From NCBI GenBank assembly GCA_000934665.2, contig KZ538526.1:44103-64102 (forward strand): a stretch of DNA of 20,000 bases, written 5' to 3'. The stretch is from Catajapyx aquilonaris. Taxonomy: Eukaryota. This document shows positions 11,315-20,000 of the stretch, piece after piece. The first letter of the stretch is position 1; every line of letters starts with the position of its first letter. The notes below the pieces were generated by a model that did no database searches, was not told where the DNA came from, and saw only the letters and a program-made list of their open reading frames with translations. The position numbers and the translations under genes are program-made.

Positions 11315-13259
11315 TAGGCTACATTGCAATTGAATTTTTATATGCATTGGTATGGAGATGACTGCCAAAAATGTATGTCGCTTATATTCAGGTTTGCTTG
11401 CGCATGCAAGAAAGATAGCACTGATATGGACCAAAGCTCATGTGATTGGTACAGTTGTTTGTAATAGTTGATTGCTTCTGTGTTCTGGTGGAGTTTGTCA
11501 TTACTAGTTTTTATACAGAGATAACTGCCATACAATTAACTACTAAGGAATAATGTTCCATTCTGTGTGAGATTACTAAAATTTAATTGTAAGTGATATT
11601 CCCATCTGAGCAGTTGTTCCACAAGTTTCTCATTAGCTTGTGTCGCAATATTGCCTCTACAGATTAGTGTGGTTTCAGACAACTGGGAAAAGGACATTTC
11701 ACCAATAGACAGTGCTAATTTCTGACCCCTTCAGTGAGATGGAACAGAACATTACGTGAACTATCAGTGTAGGAAATATCCATTTGAATAACTTGAACAA
11801 TTTAAGCTTATTTGTAGGAGCTGTTCCTATGAGTACTATTGGTTACTATTGATGTGATTTCAGATAAATGGAATATGCTGCTGAAAAAGTTACAGATCTT
11901 TTGTTGAGATGTAATTCACCCAGCTGTCATTGAACCGTTATGAACCATGTGGAGACAGTAGCTCATCTTTCAAGGGAGATGGAAACTCAGGATTTACTGA
12001 ATAGAAACCCTACGAGCTTTCATTCATCGAAAGAACATGATAAAAGCCTGTAAATAGAATCAGAAATTGGAAGTCATTATTTTCTTCTGGAACTGATTTC
12101 TGGGCTAATTTTAAATTGTAATACACTTCCACTTGCAAGTAGCTTCCAGCAAGTTTTAACAATAATGCTAATGTATAATATATTACAGGAAGTACTTACG
12201 TGTCAGGGTTGTGTTATGCAAGTCACAATGCAGAGGAGAAATAGAGCTTGTTTACTCACTAAAATCACTGACATTCCCAAGGCAGATGTTGAAAAAATAT
12301 GCTTGTTGGGTATGAAATTATTGGTGATGGTGGCAGACCATCAGGCATTCAACTTAATTTCAATGCATAATATCTGTTCACTTATCCAACAAGCTGAGTA
12401 TTAAGATAATTGAGAGCTTTGAAATAATTGGTAACTATTCCTCCTGAAACTAGACAGTTGGAATGACTTCCTAACATTAGCCTACTACTGTAAAGTTGAA
12501 GTGGCAGTAAAACAAGATGAGTTGTGTGCATAAAATATAATGACGAACCTCCTGTGCATAAGTGAATATATATGTTGTGCTTCCTGCAAAAAAAAGAAAA
12601 AAAAGTTATTTGAATTCATTACTACGTCGTCACTAAGATGAATGGCAAGATGACTACAAAATGCAGCGTTGTCTTGTACACCATTACATAACTGCAATGC
12701 TTCCACAGCATGTTCTCACAGTACCTAAATGTTGCCATGCTTGTCAAAGCAGTACCTGTACTTGTCAGTTTTGCACCTGCCAGGGGTTACTATGCATTTA
12801 CATTGGTGTTGTGCAATGAAAAATTAAAGGATCTCTATAAAATACATTAATATGCCAAGCATCTGAGTATGTAATTAATATTGTAGAGGATTGTATTGAG
12901 TGTTACTAACTTTGCAAGCATAATTTTTACATATGATTATTTTGACGAGCCTATGGAGGGTCAACTGCCTTGCAAGTAGTTTATGGAATATATGCATGGG
13001 CCTAAGTGTGATGTTACTGATAATTGTGGTGCAAATGTGACCTGTTGGAAATGTTAATGGCAATCTTTGTGCAATAAGCTTGTCCTTGGTCTTAAAAATT
13101 TAGCAGGTGGATCTCAATTCTAGATTCTCACTGGATTCCTAAGAACTTGTTAATTTCGTACTTAATACTTTACTTTTTACTTCACTATTCTTTGGCTGTG
13201 GGGAAGGATGTTACATGAACATGTAATGCCTCATGATGATAATAAACCTGTCTGTGAAA

Positions 13260-14125
13260 TCACTGCTCATAATAAGCCACGTGGTCTCCAGACTTATACT
13301 CGTTGCCTTCCAGAATGCTCACCAGCCGTTGCACAGTTGTGTTACAGTCAAGCAAACCTCTGGCCCCCTCCTTTGACTGGGCCATGTCCATGAAGGCCTT
13401 TTTCGTGCCAGGATCAACGGTTTCTTTTACAGCACTTGCGAACATGTCAGTGTCTATGGGGCCAGGGCTGTAACTGAGCACCTTTATGGAAGGATTTTCT
13501 TCTGCTAGAACACGGAAGTACATCTCTCTGGCTGCTTTTCCAGTGCAGTAGAGACCCATGGTAGCCAGTGGTTTAACTGCAGCCAAGGAAGTCATGTTGA
13601 TTATGGTGATAGTTGCAGAGCCTCCAGCAGGGAAGACACGGAGGAATGCACAAGTTAGAGACATCGTGCTGCACAGATTGGTCTGGAAAAGATTAATTTG
13701 CAGTAAATTCCTGATTTCTAACTGGAATGAGTGGATTAGCTGACCTGGAAGTAGTCCTGGTAGACATTGTCATTGTACTGGCTGCAATAGTGTGTTAACC
13801 CACCAGTAGTTCCGGCATTGTGAACCAAAATGGCAGAGGGGAATGATTCTCCTTTGACAACCTTCGTAATAGCCGAGTGGAAGGCTTCAGTTGAGGTGTC
13901 CTTAGGAGAGGCAAGATCAACTGCAGCGAGTTCCACATGCACAGAGGACGAGACAGCAAGGACTTGGGTCCGTGTCTCCTCCAATCCCTGCTGGCTGCGA
14001 GCCATCAGGAGGAGGACAGAGCCTGGGCCCATCCTCCGTCCAAACTCAATGGCTATGGTGCGTCCTATGCCTCTGCTGGCTCCAGTCACCAGGCAAAAGG
14101 CCCGCTCTCCCCAAGGGTCAGGCAT
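13260..14125 (-). CDS. SPR: Sepiapterin reductase-like SDR, copy A (267 aa; lacks the C-terminal pterin-binding Asp)
   Basis: Exons 14125-13745 and 13682-13260 (62-nt intron). Motifs: TGASRGIG, HNAG, NMTSLAA, YCTGKAAREM, YSPGPIDTDM; C-terminus YKSGDHVAYYEQ. Confidence 0.9.
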
Positions 14126-14545
14126 TTCTGGAGCTGCCAAAGAGACAATCGTTTCTTCTACACAAGAAGCAGAAGGGGTATCTCTGAGAAGTTGAGATCA
14201 ACCACTTGTGGAATCTGTCTTGGAAGAATGCCAAGGGTAGATAATTATCAGGTTAGGTGGCTGTGTTGCCAAATGTACTGGTCCAATGGGACCGAGGTCT
14301 CCTCACCATCTCAAGCATGCTTCCTTTGCTTGCCACATGTTAAGCACCTGTATAATATCTGCATTTTATACTCCCTCTGGGCTATTTTGGAGTCAAAATT
14401 TTTAGTTAGGATGATGTAATCTGCAAATTGTAGAAATAAGGCATCTTGGTTCAGTCTAATGCTCACTCCTTTGCAACCTTGTTTGTCCATCTCTTCCTTG
14501 AGGTCTGCTAGATACTAATGAAATGCTTAATACTTTTCACTTCAC

Positions 14546-14551
14546 TTTATT
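14546..14551 (-). promoter_or_regulatory. Polyadenylation signal AATAAA of SPR copy B
   Basis: tttatt on the + strand, about 70 nt after the stop codon at 14624-14622. Confidence 0.55.
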
Positions 14552-14621
14552 CTTGAGTTGTGTGCCAGGATGTTACATGGACATTTAATGGCTCGTGATG
14601 ATGATATACCTGTCTGTGGAA

Positions 14622-15528
14622 TCACTTGTCAAAATAATCCACATGGTCTCCAGACTTATACTTGTTGCCTTCTAGAATGCCAACCAGTCTCTGCACAGTT
14701 GTGCTACAGTCAAGCACTCCTCTGACCCCATCCTTCGACTGGGCCATTTCATTAAAGGCCTTTTTCATTTCAGGATCGATTGATTCTTTTCCAATGCTTC
14801 TGAACATGTCAGTATCCACAGGTCCTGGGCTGTAATTGAGCACCTTTATGGAAGGATTTTCTGCTGCTAGAACACGGAAGTACATCTCCCTGGCTGCTTT
14901 TCCAGTGCAATAGAGACCCAAGGTAGCCATTGGTTGAATGGCAGCCAAGGAAGTCATATTGATCAAGGTGACAGCTGCTGATCCTCCAGCAGGGAAGATG
15001 CGGAGGAATGCACATGTTAGAGACATGGTGCTGTACAGATTGGTCTGGAAAATAATTACTTGCTGTGAGTACATGATTTTTGACTGGAATGAGCTTATTC
15101 TGGTGTGTGGGAGAGATGAGTAGCGGTGGTAGCGTGTATAAGCTGACCTGGAAGTAGTCCTGGTAGACATCGTCATTGTACTGGCTGCAATAGTATGCCA
15201 CCCCACCAGTAGTTCCGGCATTGTGAACCAAAATGGCAGAGGGGAATGATTCTCCTTTGACAACCTTCGTAATAGCCGAGTGGAAGGCTTCAGTTGAGGT
15301 GTCCTTAGGAGAGGCAAGATCAACTGCAGCGAGTTCCACATGCACAGAGGACGAGACAGCAAGGACTTGGGTCCGTGTCTCCTCCAATCCCTGCTGGCTG
15401 CGAGCCATCAGGAGGAGGACGGAGCCTGGGCCCATCCTCCGTCCAAACTCAATGGCTATGGTGCGTCCTATGCCTCTGCTGGCTCCAGTCACCAGGCAAA
15501 AGGCACGCTCTCCCCAAGGGTCAGGCAT
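14622..15528 (-). CDS. SPR: Sepiapterin reductase, copy B (267 aa; canonical C-terminus)
   Basis: Exons 15528-15148 and 15044-14622 (103-nt intron). Motifs: TGASRGIG, HNAG, YCTGKAAREM, NYSPGPVDTDM; C-terminus YKSGDHVDYFDK, like vertebrate FKSGAHVDFYD. An upstream in-frame ATG at 15699 is possible. Confidence 0.93.
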
Positions 15529-15784
15529 TTCTGGAGCTGGTAGAGACACCGGTTTCTTCTGCACAAGAAGCAAACGTATCAACCTGAGGTTCAACCACTT
15601 GTGGAATCCTTCCTGGAATAATGCCAAGTAGATTATATAATCAGTGTGGCGGCTGTTGCCAAATGTACCTGTCCACAGGGTGCGTCCAAAAGGAAGCATG
15701 GATGCCAACTGGCCTGAATTTTGTGTTGGTCACCCTGCGTAAATCTCATGAAATCAATACATGAAAGAATATTTCAGTACAAAA

Positions 15785-15790
15785 TTTATT
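15785..15790 (-). promoter_or_regulatory. Polyadenylation signal AATAAA of TMEM209
   Basis: tttatt on the + strand, about 110 nt after the stop codon at 15904-15902. Confidence 0.55.
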
Positions 15791-15901
15791 CCAAAGAACC
15801 ATGGTACACCATTTGGATTGCGGCTCAATCCACACCATAACTTTTTTCTTTGTTTCCTTATAAAAATTGAACACAGTGTGTAAAATACGAAATCAGGCGT
15901 A

Positions 15902-17883
15902 TCATGAGATGTCCTTCATGACACCTAGAATGTTAATCCCGGATGGCCCGAGATTCATCCTCCCCAGCATTCCCTTCTCCTTTGCTTTGACCCAGTGCAG
16001 GAACAGAAGCACAGCGTGGAAAAGGTTGTTGGCACCCTTCGGTACATCCACCACTTCCCCTCCCACTGCCAACTTGAACACAGGCGGATCAGTCTCTGCT
16101 TGGTAGATGACCATCGATGGCTCCTGAGGCGAGGGTGTCCCTTGCGGCGAGGTGGGCTCCCTCTGTGGTGTCCATGGATGACGCTTGTAGTACTTGCTGG
16201 AAAATGGCTTGGCTTGCTGACCCATGCACTGAGGTGATGGGAGGCATGCATCAAGGTATGCTGCCAAGAAATGCATCACAAGGGTGGAGTCAGCAGGCAG
16301 GTCGTGTGTCCACGGCTTTCCCCTGTAGTTTCCTCCACGATTCCAAGCATATGCACCCATACATCCTCCACCAGACAGCTCCTTAATCCTCCCCACGAGG
16401 TACTCCTGATGCTGAGGAGTGACATCCAAAAATGGCAGCAGCTGGGGAAGAGTGGGCAGCATCTGTACGGATGACGCAACTTGCTTCAGTTTGTCCAGAG
16501 GGCATCGTCCAATTTGGGTGTCTGGGAAACCCAAGCGCTCTAGGTGTGAGTTGGCTGACTCGATTTCAACAAGGAGTCGCAGCAAAATAGTCTGGGATAT
16601 CCAGGTCCGTAGATTCTGAGTCCACTGCACCAGTATATTTGGGGAAACCCCCAAGCGGGTCCACATCTCATTGCGATCCTCAGGGCGGCGAGTTGCAGCA
16701 TCCGCAGTGCGACTGGATGGCTTCCCTGGACTCGATACCGAGAGCACATAAACCTGTGAAATGAGCAAAGTTCAGTTAACAACCTATCCCAGACAAATAC
16801 GCATGGCAAGTGATCATAACAAAGATTCTAATGCGATAAAATGCTATCTGCTGTAATTCACAGCACCTGCTTGCGCCCTCTGTCCCCCAAGTATGAGTTG
16901 AATGAGGCATTTGCAGCATGTCGGCCTGATTCCTCCTGCAACAGTTTCTTTTCCAAAAGGTCCACCTCCTTCAGCAGACGATTCAGACACTCAGTTTCAT
17001 CTCTAGCAGGAAATGCGACTGGTGGTGCTGTTCGACTGCGACGATGTCTGGCACTATCATCAGGCGATGGTCTGTAGTACATCCACGAGGAAGAGGAGAG
17101 GGATGCATTGGGGCTCGACAGATACGACCCATCTGAAAGCCAACTGCATGACTGGTTGATGGGTGTTGTTGATGTGCTGGGTGGCCCAGAAGGTCCAGGT
17201 GTTGTGGGTGTGAGGAGGAGGTCTGATATATTGAGGGGATTTGGAGGAGGTGATCGCATAGGTCTGGCAGATGTGGGTGGAAAGGCAGGGTCATCTGGGG
17301 ATATGCCTAGCAGCTGGCGCTGTTTTGGTGACAGAGTGATTGGAACAGGAACAGCCTGTGGCACTCCAGAAGTACAGGAAGCAGGTGATATGTTCACCAT
17401 ATCTCCAGCATACATGTAGGTGTACAGGTGAACGCAGAGGTTCAGAATCAGACCAAAAGCCAAGGCCCATTCCAAGTACCAGAGGAGGAGAACACATCCA
17501 GGAGACGGCCAGCGGGACAAGCTAAATCAGAAATGTCTGTATGTTACATCATAATTGTGACAGTTGTAATCTATTTATTGCTATATGGCATTATGAAGCA
17601 CAGATTACGCACACTGCCACTGCTGCAGAAAAAATGCATATCTCAAAATTTTGGCTACCACTTTACAATTAATTAATGCAACCAGTAATAATTTCCAAGT
17701 GAATTCATCTTGACATCATTTGTCATACTCAACTAAAAGAAACACATCATGGCATATTTACATGTCAGTGACGACAATGGTAAGGCCCCATCCATTGCAG
17801 AAGCACCAAAACAGGCTCCCACGTGATTTTTCCAAAGATTGCCTGTGGTTCAAGACCATCTCCACCACTGGGCTGCACTGCAT
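15902..17883 (-). CDS. TMEM209: Transmembrane protein 209 (nuclear envelope protein NET31), about 542 aa
   Basis: Exons 17883-17762, 17521-16867 and 16753-15902, phases consistent (1629 nt). Two N-terminal TM segments (LWYLEWALAFGLILN), LSPKQRQLLGI, a Ser/Pro-rich middle, WTQNLRTWISQTIL, QEYLVGRIKELSGGGCMGAYAWNRGG, W..DLPADS.LVMH, and C-terminal PKGANNLFHA...GMLGRMNLGPSGINIL. Confidence 0.93.
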
Positions 17884-18231
17884 CACTGGAAACACAACAG
17901 CAAAGTCAGTATAACACGACATCACATACCACTGTCAGCACACCAGTGTGCCTGAAACCCAAGAAAACATGCAACAGCAATAAAAACCAAAATCATGACA
18001 AGACCATAGTCATAAACTGTTGCACTAGCAGCTGAAGCGGTTCTCCGCATGGCTGTTTCCATGGTAAAAAGGCAGTTTGCTTGCCCTGTGTACGGGTATG
18101 AAATGGGTGTGAAACAGGTATGAAACCAACCCTTAACAAACTTTCCCTCCACTATTATAATAAAATTTTTATACTAAAAAAAATCATTGAAAATTATAAC
18201 ATGTGACCAGACTCCTGTGTCTGTGACCCTC

Positions 18232-18292
<61 letters not shown>
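18232..18292. repeat. (TAA)n microsatellite
   Basis: About 20 perfect TAA units. Confidence 0.95.
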
Positions 18293-18295
<3 letters not shown>

Positions 18296-18545
18296 CAAAC
18301 AGGCTTCAATCGTAATGTGCTTGCAGTGTTCCAAGCTTTTTTTTTTTTTTCTTCTTCTCTCCCTCTCTTTCTTATCCATGAAGACTAATCAATGTGCGGA
18401 ACGATGCGATATAACTTCCCAATTTGAAGGGCCACAACCTCCCGGTTCAAGTCAAAAGCACGAACCTGCAGCTGTGATGGAGGCCAGTGCAGATGAAGAC
18501 TAGAAGACTCTGATGATGATGTCCCCAACCGACTCTTCCACTCAC

Positions 18546-18899
18546 GCCAGCGGAGTCGCTTGAAGAAGAAGCAGGGTGGCCAACAGAAAACGTGCATCAC
18601 ATTCAAATCTTAAATCGCAGGCGTCGACATTCGTCTTATTCCCGTTAATATAAATTATGAAAATTTTAAAAATATATGCATCACATATTAATTAACATGA
18701 TCGAATGTTCTATTGCAGTGGAGGCGATTGGAGTGACGTCATTTATACCCGCTTTTTTTTTTGCTTTTTAACATACTAGTCGCTATGCTACTTTCGGCCC
18801 ATTGAGCACATTCGAGTTTCGAGATTGTTCGAACAACGCGGATGTTCGGTACCGGTACCTGCCGATTCCTTTGCCTGTTGGCCCGTTTTGACCTGTAGA
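18546..18899. promoter_or_regulatory. Probable bidirectional promoter TMEM209/GEMIN8
   Basis: Head-to-head genes; CpG-rich; palindromic CRE TGACGTCA at 18734-18741 next to a reversed CCAAT (ATTGG, 18727-18731); a strong minus-strand donor GTGAGT at 18545 suggests the first exon of TMEM209. Confidence 0.55.
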
Positions 18900-19375
18900 A
18901 TGGCGTCAAATGCGCAGTGGTATGAAGACGAGAAGTATGACAGGTACTGGCAGCACTATCGAGAGGTGATGGACTGGTACCAGAAGCATGAGGTGGCTTC
19001 ATGGAAGGCAAAGGCTGCTGCGCTGGAGTATGAGAACCGGGCCCTGCGCCAGTACATAGCCAACATGCAGGTGAGGCAAACCCTCCGTACTCTTGCTCTG
19101 CCGGTACACTCTGGCTTTTCTTCTTCAGGGAGCTGTGGCATTTAGTACTGACAGTGGCGTGAAGGAAAGTCAGTCACGTGCACCAAAAGAGAACAAGAAG
19201 ATCAACAGAAAGAAGTACAAAAAAGACAAGGATGGAGAGTACATGACCCGGAAGATGAACAGTAAACATTGCGATCGTGATGAATCAGAGCATGCAGAAC
19301 CTCAGCTGCGAATGGATGTGACAGAAGACATGATAGAGTTCCTTACAAAATCACTTGCTCACCAGGAAGAGATGA
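18900..19375 (+). CDS. GEMIN8: Gem-associated protein 8 (SMN complex), 5' part; downstream exons not resolved
   Basis: Exons 18900-19070 and 19129-19375 (58-nt intron, then donor GTAAGT at 19376). WYEDEKYDRYWQHYREVMDWYQKH matches the Gemin8 N-terminal W-Y...Y-x-RYWQHY...M-x-W motif. MDVTEDMIEFLTKSLAHQEE matches the start of the conserved C-terminal domain. Confidence 0.85.
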
Positions 19376-20000
19376 GTAAGTATTGTTTGAAGGGAATGCT
19401 CAGAATGGTGTGCCCTCAAGTAGTGTGTCACGTTGAGACGATAGTTCTTCCACTTTGTGGGTACAATATACTCGAAACCAACTAGATCTGGTGTATAATA
19501 AGGCCACTACATAAGGGTGTGTTATGAAGTGACCTTGTATGTTCAGACTGTACTCAGGTTTCCTCATTATTGCCTTCAGATGTTGCTAGACCGATGTACT
19601 GTACCATTATGAGAGCAGAATACAAATCAAATTTACTTGCCCTGATCTGAAAATATCGGGACACCCCCAAAAAATGGAGTGGTGGGGTTATACACAGGAT
19701 GTGATAAAAAGTTTCCATTAAGATTATCTGGACTTTAGAATGGATAATTATGAATAGTAACAATTGAGCTAGGAGGATACCAAATTTGAAGTTCATTTGA
19801 CAGTTAACAACTGAAATAAATACGATTATACCTTGGACAGTGAATTTCTGTGGGGTCTGGTAAAAATTGCTGCCACTCTGTTTATTTCTTACTTAGCGGG
19901 ACGTAAATGTTGATAATGAACCTGAGGGGCCGCACAAACCCAAAAACAGTTATGACATTAATTACAAAAAATCTAGCACAAAATTAAAAAATATTTATCG

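Larger units (their letters stand above)
13160..15675. repeat. Tandem gene duplication: unit A about 13160-14285, unit B about 14527-15675
   Basis: Homology covers both coding exons, the intron ends, about 100 bp of 3' flank and about 150 bp of 5' flank. Confidence 0.9.

Noticed and set aside
11320..13150. Short ORFs between ninjurin and SPR-A
   Set aside because: AT-rich, no family motifs and no coherent exon chain.
14300..14505. Exon-like segments between the SPR copies (acceptors near 14504, 14421 and 14347; donors near 14465 and 14306)
   Set aside because: They give no convincing protein; at most they are 5' UTR exons of SPR-A.
14530..14624. Selenocysteine or stop readthrough at the TGA stops of both SPR copies, given the conserved 3' flank
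   Set aside because: The stops fall at the canonical SPR C-terminus, I see no SECIS-like stem, and the duplication explains the conservation.
13830..17525. Many plus-strand and alternative-frame ORFs over SPR and TMEM209
   Set aside because: They are shadows of GC-richer coding exons; their duplication only reflects the SPR duplication.
17922..18152. Small ORF with an apparent TM helix (LVMILVFIAVACFLGF) upstream of TMEM209, spliceable in frame to it
   Set aside because: The hydrophobic run coincides with a T-rich tract ending in a good acceptor (TTTCAG at 17952), so it is more simply an intron 3' end.
19897..20000. Possible GEMIN8 exon 3 (acceptor at 19896, one frame open to the window end)
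   Set aside because: The open frame needs phase 0 but exon 2 ends in phase 1; this cannot be resolved without downstream sequence.

Overview
Gene-dense eukaryotic (invertebrate, probably arthropod) genomic DNA with many short GT-AG introns; the ORF track fragments every gene, so I rebuilt the models by hand from splice sites and reading-frame phases. Left to right: a partial divergent rhodopsin-family GPCR (Tre1/moody-like, minus strand); a 4-exon gene that looks like a compact FANCB homolog (minus); a divergently transcribed ninjurin A (plus) with a pogo/Tigger-type MITE in intron 1; a second MITE carrying a tRNA-derived SINE with a perfect 15-bp target-site duplication; two tandem sepiapterin reductase genes (minus); TMEM209 (minus); and the 5' part of a divergently transcribed GEMIN8 (plus). 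Most notable: (1) the SPR pair, where the cofactor-binding half is nearly identical, the substrate-binding half has diverged, and one copy has lost the pterin-anchoring Asp; (2) the FANCB-like gene; (3) very tight TMEM209-SPR-SPR packing that hints at polycistronic transcription. Family assignments come from remembered motifs, not database searches.
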